A stretch of 64,000 bases of DNA from Octopus sinensis. Lineage: Eukaryota. The notes under the pieces were generated by a model, which made no database searches, was not told the DNA's origin, and saw only the letters and a program-made list of their open reading frames with translations. The position numbers and the translations under genes were made by a program. The stretch is taken from the NCBI RefSeq assembly GCF_006345805.1, contig NC_042999.1, forward strand, positions 52,762,001 to 52,826,000, given 5' to 3'. Positions 1 to 12,499 of this stretch are shown piece by piece. How positions within the stretch are numbered: position 1 is the first letter of the stretch; each line of letters begins with the position of its first letter.

Positions 1-521
1 ACTCAGGCGGTGAAAAGGAAGATTAATGGATGTCATAGAGCGCTTTGTGATCGCTTTCACTCGCTAATTATGTTACACCATCACCAGTCGATATGATTAT
101 GCACAAAAAAATATATATTAAAAATAAAATTTGATATGTACAAATGAAGAAAAACAAGTGATAACACAAGAGATTATCAGTTTTATGTTTAAAATGTTAA
201 TTAATCATTGGAGGGTAAGGACGTCATACTGTTCTCTCCAATAATCATGGCCTGGTGTGCAAGTTGTGAATTTGAGCTTGAGACTCTACTGGTTTGATGA
301 GCCTACTCTACAACACTGGCTTGACATGGCTCGGCAGAAGAACGCAGTATTTTATACTCTTACCTCTAAGTAGTTAAGTCGATTACATCGACCAGAGGAC
401 TCAACCGGTTCTTATCTTTGTTGATCTCGAAAGGATGAAATGCAAAATCGGCCTCAGATTGTATAGCTTAGAAAGAAAAAGAGAAGAAATTTGAGACGAC
501 TTGTTTTGTACAGCTACTTAC

Positions 522-719
522 GCGGCTGTGATAATGCATGATGCTGTAATAGTCATAAGGTATACCAAAAGTGAATGCTTTGTCGCGGCTGATTTTCTCG
601 AAATTATGGTAACTATTTATTCTGTGTCGATATACGGTTATATAATGATCACGATCCGGGCGGCTATGTTCATGATTTAATCCCATGCAATGTCCTAGTT
701 CATGTAAAATCGATCTAAT
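522..719 (-). CDS. Astacin exon 7 (zinc-binding site and Met-turn)
   Basis: ttttgcag|ATT ... CGC|gtaagt; HELGHCMGLNHEHSRPDRD (HExxHxxGxxHExxRxDRD) and SIMHY Met-turn. Confidence 0.96.
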
Positions 720-2479
720 CTGCAAAATACAAGGTCAAAGTGATAAATGCATAAAAGAACGGCTTGAAAATGTTACCAGGGTTCAATCCTGTACATGGCC
801 ACAACCTCACGGCTGAAGCATATAAGAGAATAAGAGGATAATTGCAAATTAAAACAGTTGTGTAAAGAATGATTATTCACGTGATTTCCATAATTTGCCT
901 GTTCAGATTACAATAAGATTAGTTTTTTGCAGTTAACATAAGTTCATATTTTGATGAGAATACTATCAAAATTTGATGTAGAGATTGTCGACAACCAGGT
1001 AAAGCGAGATATATAGTATCAAGTGATTTATATTCAGTCTAACTACGGTAGAAATAGCTACACCAATCTCCGAGCTAATAAGCCGATACATTACCCACCA
1101 AGTACTGCAACGTGAAAGTTTAATCATAGAACATTATATAAGTGTGGACAGCTTTTCTTAATTTTTTAATGGATTGCTCGCAGAAATGTGGACAACGTAC
1201 TAATAGATGTCATTTGAACGTTTTCGACGGCAGCGAGTTGACATAATCACAGAGGGTTGGACAAAACAATTTTGGGTTCAACTCTGGGCGAAATCAACAT
1301 CAGCTGGTAAAAATCATCAGATTCGATATAGTATTTGAGTATTTGTTCTTTAGGTGAAATCTTTCCGATATTAGTTTTTCTTTTCATCCTTCTGAAGTCG
1401 ATGAAATAAAGAACCAATAAACAACTGGCGTCAATGTAATCAACTAACACATCGATTCAAAACTGATGTTGAAACAAGATCAAAAGCCATTTTTCTAAAT
1501 TTTTCTCAACTGTTAGTTTCCAGCAACATTATTTCAATGGATTAAAGTATCTAAATTCAGAAGACTACCTTATTCACACATGAATAATATTCTACAGGTA
1601 ATTGCCAAAAAGGAACAGCTAATATTCTTTACGATAATGTACACATTGGCTTCTGTTCCAGCAGACCCTGCTCGATAACATGCAATATAAAATCACACGT
1701 CAAAATGACAAGTGAAAATATTCAAGTGTACGTGGCATTAAAATCATTGTTGGTATATGTATTCTAGGTACAATATCAAGCTATAAGCAAGTGAAACTGA
1801 AAGCTTTTAAGGTTTAAATAGGACTTTTCGACCAAGCGAATATGCTTTAGTCAATTAATTTTAGTGGAGATTTTTTAAAGTAGCTACTCAGTTATAAGAG
1901 AGCAATGTGTAAATTACAAAATATCTTAACATATTCATTCTTGCTACGTAGTAATGCTGAAGAAACTTAAAGTTATAATTTAGGAGCAGAATATATTTGA
2001 CACAGGAGCTTGATTTAAATGACACAAAATTTACTGAAAATAAGCACCCTATTTCATTCACACTATTTTGAGAAGGGGCAGAATTATTTTTTTACATAAA
2101 ACGAGAAGATAGTATACTTCAACCAGCAGAGCATTCATGAGAAGCGAAATGGATTCCTGCTGACTAAAACTTTTTTCTGTTTTCTATTTCTTCTCAGTTT
2201 TTTCTCCTCACGTCGGTAAAGTTTTTATAAAATAGAAACCCATATAAAAAAAATCTGGCTGATATGGGTTAAAATACCTATCATTCTTTACAGAGTATAT
2301 TGAACAACAAGAATTTTCTGCTTCGTTTACACGATACTCTTTCGTTATCTCTTGGGGCGGGGAAGCATTCATCGGGTGTTGTTTTATTTCTTAGAGTGTT
2401 TTTCACTAAATTTAAGGACAATATTTTTCCTAGCTTCAGATCAGAGCTGTAGCCATGCTGAGGCACAGCCGTTTTGATA

Positions 2480-3635
2480 CACTGTTACTATTGAGAGCCT
2501 CATCTAATACATAGCATTTGGTGAATAAGGCAGTTTGATGTTGCTACCTTCATTTGCACCTCTTGTCACGAGGTAGGTTCATTTGGGACTCTCGACAGGA
2601 AACGGTACAGTTTCGATTTAAAAACACCTATATCCACCTTGAGTAGTTTTTTCAAGCTCTTTGGGAGAATATTAAAAAGCTGTGGGCCCCTGAAACCCAG
2701 GCTGTTGCAGTAACTGGTCCCGAAGCGCGATGGCATTGCTGAGATATCTACAACTGTGCAGTGGCGAGCCGTTAGCTTTCAATGCCAAAATGTGGCACAA
2801 TCCCTTCCAGGAACTTTCAGATGTATATTACTGCATATCTCTCCCGCCTTCGCTCTAGGGAGTAGAGTCTTAGCTGTTTTAGCCTTTCCCAGTAGCTGAG
2901 CTGTTTCAATGAGACGATCTCCTTAGTGAAGCTTTGCTGCATTGCTTCAAGGTCCGCTGTTAATTTTACACTGTTTGGTGAACATAGCTGGGAGGAGTAA
3001 TCCAGAGGGCTAAGGATGAATGTCCTCCAGACGACCATCACGGTTTCCTTATATCTGGTTCTGAACGTTTTCAGGATCCATCCAGCTTGTCATCTGCACT
3101 TTGTGGCCATCCAAGTAATGTGCATTTGGAAAGAAGTATCATCACCCATGTCGATACCCAGATCCCTTATTGATTTAGCCTCTGGTAGTATTATATACAG
3201 TTTTGGACGCTAGTAGCGCAGGGTCTGGACTTTTTCAGCATTATTATTGTCCTCAGCCAACTGTATATTGAGTCCAACTCCTGTTGCAGGTGTGCAACAT
3301 CGCTGGGATTCTGTGCTTTCTGCGAGACATTCGTATCGTCTGTGTAGCTAGCAAGGGTGGCTATCCGGGCAACTGAGGGCATATCAGAGAGGGCCGCTAT
3401 AAAAAGCAGTGGTCCCAAGACAGTGTCCTGTGGAACATCACTCACTATTTGTGTTTTCATTCAGGTGGCTCCATTGGCCACTACTACCTGACTACTATCT
3501 TTCAGAAAGTAACAATTCTCCAAGTTTTCCTGCTATGTCAAGATTACGCTGTTTGTGACATATCATACCATGATCTACTTTATCAAAAGCTTTTGCAAAG
3601 TCAAGGTATATTACGTCCACATTTGAGTTGTTGAG
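2480..3635 (-). mobile_element. 5'-truncated, degraded CR1/L2-group LINE (RT C-terminal half)
   Basis: Frameshifted pieces DVIYLDFAKAFDKVDHG, PQDTVLGPLLF, YTDDT, LYSLERRRERY. Confidence 0.85.
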
Positions 3636-3815
3636 GCAGATTAAATGATTACTGAATGTAAATCGATATCGACTGATATTCATTATTCAAAGTATCAGAA
3701 AAATGAGAACCAAGGTGACAGATACTTTTAGTTTAAGAATTTTCTTATAAATCTGTATTAAATTGAATCCATACAATTAATTTAGGCGAAATAAAATTAG
3801 AGTATTTTCTTTTAC

Positions 3816-3882
3816 CTTATCGCAATTGGGTCCTAAGACAAGAGGTTGAGCAGGAGCGGCCATTCCAACCATGGAATAACAG
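3816..3882 (-). CDS. Astacin exon 6
   Basis: tttttacag|C TGT TAT TCC ... GAT AAG|gtaaaa; (G)CYSMVGMAAPAQPLVLGPNCDK (GCxSxVG...Q...C motif); phase 2 in, phase 0 out. Confidence 0.92.
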
Positions 3883-3987
3883 CTGTAAAAATTGAAATAA
3901 AAACAGAAAAGTGAATGAAAATCTTTCAGCAGTCCGCTTTCTCAACATAATAGTAATATGTATGAGTGTGTGTGCACGGGTCTGTGC

Positions 3988-4019
<32 letters not shown>

Positions 4020-4512
4020 TATATATATATTATATATATATATACACACACACAAACAAATACATACACACATACACTAATATAAACATATAAATAGTCA
4101 AATAAATATCACACGCACACACACACACACACACACAGATATATGGAATTTATGCAAATTGTTCATGTCTTGCCACTGAATATGATGCTTTATACGAGTC
4201 AAGGAGTACAACAAAAACTATTTTGATTTGTTCTCTGCCACACCAGAGACTGGTTGATAAAACAGTACAGAATAAGTACATATGTAAGAACAAAACAAGT
4301 GGCAGATTAATAAAGTGGTTGCTGGCCCGTTACTGCCATCACTATCATCAGTAGCATTGTTAGCTTACATATTATCTTCTTCCTCTGGGATTCTATTTCT
4401 CATAACGCGTCTTTTTGCATAAAACGTCTCTTGATAATCAATGAAACAAACTGCATTTTGTTACATAAAATTATATCAAATAAATTATTTATGTTATATG
4501 AGCAAATGTCAC

Positions 4513-4559
<47 letters not shown>

Positions 4560-4644
4560 CGCAGGCAGACATATTTATATAAGTATATTGAAATCTACAT
4601 ATTCATCTAGTGAACCATCGAGTAACACACACACACACACACAT

Positions 4645-4681
<37 letters not shown>

Positions 4682-4682
4682 T

Positions 4683-4950
4683 ATATAAAAAAGGAAATGA
4701 AGAAAATGCTGACAAATAATTGAAGTAATTTAAGTAATTTAATTAGGTGAAAGTTCTTTTTACCGGTTGCGCATTTGTTATGCTTATCAAAATATAAAAG
4801 AGAGATTAGAGTTCCTTTCTTATAGAATTTTTCCTCTTGAGGAAAAATTCTATAAGAAAGGAACTCTATTCTCTCTTTTATATTTTGTTGCTCGATTAAA
4901 GGTGGTGCTCCAGAATGGCCGCAGTCAAATGACTGAAACAAGTAAAAGAG

Positions 4951-4985
<35 letters not shown>

Positions 4986-5455
4986 TTAAAAAAAGGAGAT
5001 GTCGAACACGAGTGGTGATATATAAAAAAGGAAATGAAGAAAATGCTGACAAATAATTGAAGTAATTTAAGTAATTTAATTAGGTGAAAGTTCTTTTTAC
5101 CGTTGCGCATTTGTTATGCTTATCAAAATATAAAAGAGAGATTAGAGTTCCTTTCTTATAGAATTTTTCCTCAAGAGGAAAAATTCTATAAGAAAGGAAC
5201 TCTATTCTCTCTTTTATATTTTGATAAGCATAACAAATGCGCAACCGGTAAAAAGAACTTTCACCTAATTAAATTACTTAAATTACTTCAATTATTTGTC
5301 AGCATTTTCTTCATTTCCTTTTTTATATATCACCACTCGTGTTCGACATCTCCTTTTTTTAAATATAAATATATATATATATATATATATACTCTTTTAC
5401 TTGTTTCAGTCATTTGACTGCGGCCATTCTGGAGCACCACCTTTAATCGAGCAAC
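4683..5455. repeat. Three-armed inverted repeat of a PLE-terminus-like sequence plus a SINE piece
   Basis: 4886-5172 is the reverse complement of 5175-5455; 4683-4885 is a further copy; hairpin centres cctc-tt-gagg (4833-4842) and cctc-aa-gagg (5169-5178). Confidence 0.9.
5217..5255 (+). ncRNA. Degenerate minimal hammerhead motif (U3-A8 core, GAAA changed to GCAA); minus-strand copies at about 4757-4794 and 5093-5130
   Basis: TTGATAA gcat-aacaa-atgc GCAA CCGG TA aaaag. Confidence 0.5.
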
Positions 5456-5781
5456 TCGACCCCGGGACTTATTGTTTTGTAAACCCAGTACTTATTCTAT
5501 CGGTCTCTTTTGCCGAACCGCTAAGTAAAGGGGGCGTAAACACACTAGCATCGGTTGTCAAGCAATGCTAGGGGGACAAACACAGACACACAAACATACA
5601 CGCACACACATATATATATACATATATACGACGGGCTTCTTTCAGTTTCCGTCTACCAAGTCCACTCACAAGGCACTGGTCGGCCCGGGGTTATAGCAGA
5701 AGACACTTGCCCAAGGTGCCACGCAGTGGGACTGAACCCGGAACCATGTGGTCGGTTAGCAAGCTACTTACCACACAGCCA
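5391..5781 (-). mobile_element. tRNA-derived SINE (family 1)
   Basis: tRNA-like head tggctgtgtggtaagtagcttgc...ggttccgggttcagtcccactgcg; near-identical to 59047-59430. Confidence 0.85.
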
Positions 5782-5824
5782 TGAAAAATCAACCAGACTA
5801 TAACATGTTATTCGTTACTGGTCA

Positions 5825-6760
5825 CAATGCGCTTCCAATTCTATCTTGATTCTCATTTTCTTTTCCATTGTGTTCCAAGTCACCCTAATGAATCTTTTTC
5901 TATTTATCGTAGTGGTCTTCCAAGAGGCCTTTTCCGATCACTTGGTTACCACATAGCAACTGTATGGGTCCATCTGCTGCCAGTGACTCTTACGTCATTT
6001 CCGGCCCAGGGAACCTCCTGCATTCGGAATTGTTCGATCACATCGCTCACTCCGCTCCATTCTAGAATTATCTTATTTTTCGATTATGCCCTCGCAAAGA
6101 TTTTCCCGGCCATGGTTCTTCTCGTTGCAATTTTCTCGAAGACAGTCGATATTTCTCTCCTTCGTATCATCTCACATCTCATTTGCGTATAGGAGCGCAG
6201 GTTGGACGGTTATGTGGAGAATCTCCCACGTGTGTTCGTGTTCAGATATAGTATGAGCATGTACTTTATGGAGGTAAATCCTATTATCCTGCCATCATAC
6301 TCTTCGAAATATCAGAATCCATGTCACGGCGAATATCAACTGTGTAGGCGTACTCTTTTGCCTCCTAGATTTTACCAATTTCCAACTCTATTCGGTCTTG
6401 AGCTACGACTTCGGACTGCATAATTTCGTTTCCATGCAGTTGATTTAAAAGGTCGGATGGCTAGCTATCTCAGTATGATCTGCAACCGATTTGTAATTCT
6501 GGTGATAAATGCAATGTCATCAGCGAATCTGAAGTGTGTTAGTAGCTTTCTGCTGATATTCACGCCACTTGTTCACTCAGTGTCTTTGATGAGCATTGCT
6601 AAGTGAAGAGATTGGAGAGATGGTGTTTCCATTTCTGATGCCATTTCCAATTAGAACTTATATTAGTGGCAATAACAGCAATATTTGTTGTGCATCCTGA
6701 TTTCGCGTCCCTGACTGCTTTCGTGTATTAGTTCCAATATCTTGCATTTCTGGAGATTAC
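5825..6760 (-). mobile_element. Degraded RTE-like LINE 3' fragment
   Basis: THFRFADDIAFI at about 6505-6540; C-terminal WAG..R....RWT.....W.P...KRPLGRP motif. Confidence 0.7.
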
Positions 6761-6818
6761 AACACCGAATCTGCTTTTCCAGTCTATAATTCTTGAAGTC
6801 ATTTCATTTTTAGAAAAC

Positions 6819-6819
<1 letters not shown>

Positions 6820-6849
<30 letters not shown>

Positions 6850-7017
6850 TGTATGTATGTATGTATGTATGTATGTATGTATGTATGTATGTATGTATGT
6901 ATGTACTCATTCAGTTTATTTCAAGATTTCTTGCCAATAGAGAAAGAACCGGTTTCTCAACTAGATCCAAGACTCTTTCATTGGAATTCAACATCAGCAA
7001 CAGAGTATTTTTATTTG

Positions 7018-7051
<34 letters not shown>

Positions 7052-7115
7052 TGTATGTATGTATGTATGTATGTATGTATGTATGTATGTATGTATGTAT
7101 GTATGTATGTATGTA
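6820..7115. repeat. (TATG)n arrays enclosing a ~110-bp LINE 3'-UTR fragment
   Basis: Two TATG runs (6820-6904, 7023-7113) flank unique sequence. Confidence 0.85.
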
Positions 7116-8400
7116 TTATGTTATGTATGTATTTTCATGCATATATGTACATGTCTAGACATCCTCACACATGTTTAAATGATAAACTTCTGGAAAGTTT
7201 TACAGATGCTTATTGTTCCAGTGATGGATGGGATCTGTAGTCTCTGAATTAGCTTTATCCTTTCTGGTTTTGAGAATCTTCATTCCTCAAGATTGGCATT
7301 TAGGTAGCGTGCTACATATCTCAGGGTCCCAAAAAGTTACAGGTATAAATCTGATCTTGTAATATGGGTAGAGCAACTGTAGATTTCTCAATAGCTCGAC
7401 ATAGATATTCTCTTTTTCATTGATCTTCAGTTTTATGTTAATATCCGCTGGGCAGCTAATTTCCACAACTGTGCACAGTTTCTCTAACATATCCCAAATC
7501 ATTATATCAGGTTTGCTGTGCTTACATTTTATTTAGATCTTCACTGGTATATTCCACAAGTATTCCTTTTTATTACGAGTGGCTATGGCTTTTACCTTAT
7601 TATGGGCTCTTTTTCTTTGTCTTTGGGATTATCTTTCCGGCCGATTTCATTATAGAGTGTTCTAGCTACGACGTCATGTTTCATCGGTTAAAATACCGTA
7701 TTCACATTTTCGGCCAACTGCTTATAATGTGCGTGATTCTTCAGCACTCAGTCTGCATCGGTTGTCACATTTTACGGCTTTTCCTGCAACTCTATCCCTT
7801 TTGTGCATCAGTTGATTGATATTTCCTGTTCCTCGATTGCAAATGTATACACTTCAAAGTAGACGGTAGTAAACTAGCGACTCGGCCATGATAAACTGCT
7901 TTGATTATCGTCTCAAAGCTTTCTGCTAACATACCCATGCATAGCCTTCCTTTCATATAGGTTCATCCTTTCATCTGATGATACGTTGCAGTAGTGTCGT
8001 GCGACTTTGGGCATATATTCTACGTTATCAAAGAGTGTTGCTCAAGGAGATGCCTTCCAATCTTATTTATGATGCTATCAGCCTCATGTATGCAAACTTG
8101 GTCAAGGGATGTACTAGGATGATGCGAAATCCAAAGGCATTTTGGATCGACGTTTAGCTTCTCTCACCTTGTTTTCGTTTTATCCGAGTAGGTCTACATC
8201 ACTGTTTATGTGGATATCATGTGAGCTTGTTAGTGTTTTTCTTTGGGGTGGAGGGGTCCAGCTCGGATCTCATCAAGCGCCTAATGAAGCTGCTCAAATG
8301 TTGGTATGAGTACTGGCACTGCAAACACATTGTGGACCACTGTTTTATTGGACGCAGAGAATTCTGCGGTCCAAATTTTCTTTATTCGGCTGTAATATTC
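7115..8400 (-). mobile_element. R4/Dong-like RLE LINE fragment in (TATG)n
   Basis: CRL..H..RHDVV, KHSKPDIMIWD..CTVVEISCPADIN..EKENIY restriction-like endonuclease motifs; both ends abut TATG runs. Confidence 0.8.
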
Positions 8401-8419
8401 AGGTATGTACGTATGTATG

Positions 8420-8890
8420 TCTCTTCTATTTTTTAATTATTATAAATATTCCAAGGAGTGGGGAGACGAATACCAACAAGGCACCATCTTTGTGATGTAG
8501 TTAACACAGACAAATTCACATTTGGAACTTGAGAAGAGTCTTGCATATTTTTATTGTTCCATTCACAGATTGCACTTGTAATGTACGAATCAACAAGTCA
8601 GTTTCTCTTTCTCAAAATCCCAGTTTATCCAGATTCTCTTTTAAGCACTTACTAACAAAACCTAGTGCCCCAATTGTTATTGGTATGAATATGGATTCAT
8701 AGTCTGGATAAAGAAGCTGAAGGTTTTGAAGCAGTTGTCCATAGATATCCTCTTTCTCTTTTATTGTCAAAGCGGCATTGATATTTGCATGGCAGCTTAA
8801 CTCTATAATGGTACATAGCTTGGCACATCTGTCCCAAACGGCAATAATTTGACAGACATTTTGATGGTAATATTTCACCAGTATCCCTTG
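8420..8890 (-). mobile_element. Second R4/Dong-like RLE 3' fragment
   Basis: ORF 8612-8878 (WDR..KLCTIIELSC..EKEDIY..IPITIGALG); TATG on both sides. Confidence 0.75.
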
Positions 8891-9489
8891 AGTTGGTGTT
8901 TATGAATGTATTCCATAAGTATGTATGTATGTGTGTATGTATGTTTTATGTCCGTACGCCTCCAGTATGGTAGTAGGAGACAGACAGGCTCGGTTTAGGG
9001 GGTGCCAATGGCGACGAAAGGCATCTGATAAACCTAGCTGACTGATTGAGTGACCGAACGATTCATCAAACAAACGATTAGTCAATTGGGTAACAATTTG
9101 ACCAATAGTGATTAAAAATGTGAAAAATAATCAGTACCTGTGTTTAATATTTGCATAATGACCATCCCGAAATAGAACAAAAAATTTAATATATATCTAT
9201 ATCTGCGATCTATAGGTGTCTTTGCTTGTCTGACTGTCTATCTCTGTGCGCGCGCGCATGTGTGTGTTTGTGTGTGTGTGTATGTGTACGTGTCGGTACT
9301 CGTATCTCATTGATAATTATAAAACAACTTCAACAGGGCTATCAACACTATTACTACAAGTACAATTCTGAAAATTATCACAGCACAGTAATCAACATTA
9401 TTACATTATGCTAGCAAAATATTTTTCCGTTATAGAATACTAAAATTACAGCATTCATTACAGTAAGTTTACACTAATTACATGCAAGA

Positions 9490-9890
9490 AAGGCGGCGAG
9501 CTGGCAGAAACGTTAGCACGCAGGGCGAAATGCTTTGCGGTATTCCGTCTACCGTTACGTTCTGAGTTCAATTTCCACCGAGGTTGACTTTTGCCTTTCA
9601 TCCTTTCGGAGTCGATTAAGTGCCAGTTACACACTGGGGTCGATATAATCGACTTAATCCGTTTGTCTGTCTTTGTTTGTCCCCTCTGTGTTTAGCCCCT
9701 TGTGGGTAGTAAAGAAATAGGTATTTCCTCTGCCGCCACGATCTGAGTTCAAATTCCGCCGAGGTCGACTTTGCCTTTCATCCTTTCGGGGTCGATAAAT
9801 TAAGTACCAATTGCTTACTGGGGTCGATCTCATCGACTGGACCCCTCTCCCCAAAATTTCGGGTCTTGTGCCAGGAATAGAAAAGAATAT
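9490..9890 (+). mobile_element. tRNA-derived SINE (family 2), partly dimeric
   Basis: ggcggcgagctggcagaaacgttagcacg...gagttcaaattccgccgaggtcgactttgcctttcatcc; internal unit repeated. Confidence 0.85.
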
Positions 9891-10278
9891 ATATCATACT
9901 AAATATGGCTTTGTTTCTATGATGATGTTTTACACAAGCCTAGAAGACTGCTAGAATCTCATTCTCATACAGTTGTTATCTCCTCTATTCTACGGACACT
10001 AGAATGGCCTCTAATCAACCTGATCTGGTTGTATACCATCCAAAACTAGACCAAGCTGCTACATCTGCTGGTACTCGTCACCCACTTAATAATTTTTCAT
10101 CAAATCCGCTTCACTCATTCCTCAGCAATTTACTTATTCTCAGGCTTTACCATCTTATGTTTATTCCCCAACAATCCAAGAAAAAAATCAGCTTCATCGA
10201 CATCAGGCCTGCTTGGAACATGGACGCTTCCCCTTTGTAAGAAAAGATGTAAAAATGAAAAAAAAAATATTCACTTAC

Positions 10279-10402
10279 CCGCCATATTGAATACGAACCC
10301 ATTTTTTGTCATTATGTCTTTTGTGCCGAAACTGCACGCAGGTATACTTTTGCCAAATTCTCATGGCTTTTCTGACTCTTGTCCTGAGATTATGCTTCAC
10401 GC
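10279..10402 (-). CDS. Astacin exon 5
   Basis: tcag|GC GTG ... GGC GG|gtaagt; VKHNLRTRVRKAMRIWQKYTCVQFRHKRHNDKKWVRIQYG (AMxxW-x3-TCVxF motif); phase 1 in, phase 2 out. Confidence 0.92.
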
Positions 10403-10612
10403 CTGATGACAAAAGTAAAGAATTGACAAATTACATATCAGTCTACCTTTGATGATAAAATTGTATATAGTGATAAAGATAAAAAAAAATCATCTTATCA
10501 AAAAGATGCGAGAACAGTTCAAGTAGAATTGTTTTGATATTACCCAGGATATTAGCCTGTCAAATGTAATGCTTTGTTACACACGTTTCTTTCAATTAAT
10601 CATGCATTATCT

Positions 10613-10870
10613 GTGGAGGCACGTGGCTTAATAGTTAGGGGTGTTAGACTCATAATCTTAAAGATTGTGGTTTCGATTCCTGGACCGGGTGACGCATTGT
10701 GTTCTTGAACAAGGCACTTCATTTCACGTTGCTCCAGTCCACTCAGCTGGCAAAAAGGACTAATCCTGCGACGGATCGGCGTCTTGTCCACCTGGGGGAT
10801 TTATACGCCACTGAATGCGGGGAAACCGGCCCTTATGACCCTGGTATGGCTCGAGAAGGAAACGTTTATC
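10613..10870 (+). mobile_element. tRNA-derived SINE (family 3)
   Basis: A-box-like tggcttaatagttagg and B-box-like ggtttcgattcc, followed by a central domain. Confidence 0.7.
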
Positions 10871-11164
10871 ATTTTTATTTATTGTTGGGTACGATGCTAT
10901 ATTTGGCCGGGTTGAACATCTGGACTGGATATTGTCGGTTTGACTGCCAAACTTATCAATTTTCACATAGAAATTTTTAAAATTCCAAACTTGGTACTAA
11001 GGTGAAAGAAGTTGACTAGTTCTTAGTATTAAGCCGGCCAGCTTAGAGAATCGTTACTTCGTCGCTAAAAATGTTTAACATAATTTCTTCTGTTTTTTTT
11101 TTAATATTTTGAGGTCAAATACAATAACTTTCACCCTGCCTAGCAAGGTGAAAGTTCTTATCTA

Positions 11165-12345
11165 GGTTCTTATAGACGCTGTTTGATATGATGCCCGTCA
11201 TTAGTTTCCAAATAAGTAGTAAACAAGATATTGGTCAGAAATTTCCAAACGCATTCCCTTTACATGGGTCCTTCTGCTATAGTACCGTTCTTCCTTCTGT
11301 CATCCAGGCCGGTACTTGGATGTCACTACTCAGTATTTCATCTATCTGTCTCGCATTTCTTCTATGCAAAGCTGTCCCGTTCTTAAGCCAAAAGCCCTGA
11401 ACACCATCAAGTCCAGGTACTTTCCATTTAAGAATTTTCCTGCACTAATCTCTAATAAACTTTTCGGTTATTTCAAATCCTCCTGCTGATACTCTCCACT
11501 CTCATCTTTGAGTGTCTGTAACCGCTCTGCTTCAGTTTTTGTGGTTTCTCATGGGACCATATGTTTGACCAGAATCTTTTGCTTTCTGCAGCATCCGACA
11601 TGGCTTTTTCATTTTTTTTTTCTTTCCCATCCAGTTTCTGATAGACTCGTTTCTGATTTTGTTCGAAAAGACTGTTTAATCTGTACTGCTCAGTTCTCTG
11701 TTCCTATCTCTTTAGCTTATGTGCTTTAACTTTCAACCTCTGTTTTAATTCCTCGATCACAATATTGATTCCCTTTCTCTTCACCTTATTCTTCCTCTCT
11801 AGCTCAACATATTTCCCTCGCTGAGTTTCATTTCTTTTTTCTCCGTTCCAGAATGTGAATATTCTTTCCGGTATCGTTAATCGCTTGCGTTATTCTCCTT
11901 TTCCACCATGGTTCCTTCAAGTTATGCTGATATTTACCTTTGGCTTTCAAAACTTAACTTCCAGGCTATAAAGATCGAGATTGCATTTATCATATTATTG
12001 GTATCTGTGATGTTACCAGTCCTGATATCACCAGTGATATCATTTATCTTTCTGGTCCATTCATTGAGTTTCTTTCTGTCTACTTTTTAAAACCTCGTAT
12101 GGAGGCTCTTTTCACCAGAGATCCAAATATCAATGATTTCATTTAAAAGGGATACCTGTTCCTCGGTTCTCTCATCGTTTTCCTTTAACCGCCCACTGCA
12201 ATAGTTTCACTATCTGCATTCTCTTCCTCATCCTTCCGTTCACCGCTGGTCTTACTATCAATAAGCACCCGTCACTTTATGCTTCCAGTTCAAGTGGAGA
12301 TAACCATTCTTCCTGATGGCACTGGCTTGGTCACACAGATTTTAT
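11165..12345 (-). mobile_element. R4/Dong-like LINE, degraded 5'/RT-proximal fragment
   Basis: WK.PGLDGVQGFWLK and WKLMTGII motifs, homologous to 14054-14377; abuts (TAT)n. Confidence 0.7.
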
Positions 12346-12358
12346 TCACTTAATTCAA

Positions 12359-12497
<139 letters not shown>

Positions 12498-12499
12498 TT

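Noticed and set aside
1247-1450. ORF resembling the astacin SxIG...Q segment
   Set aside because: Overlaps a degraded SINE; the true exon is 3816-3882.
1625-1685. GSAGTEANVYI resembling the PLAT/LH2 motif
   Set aside because: No supporting flanking residues or splice sites; likely chance.
9990-10070. CSSLV after an AG, as a candidate astacin exon
   Set aside because: Immediate in-frame stop codon and no proper donor.
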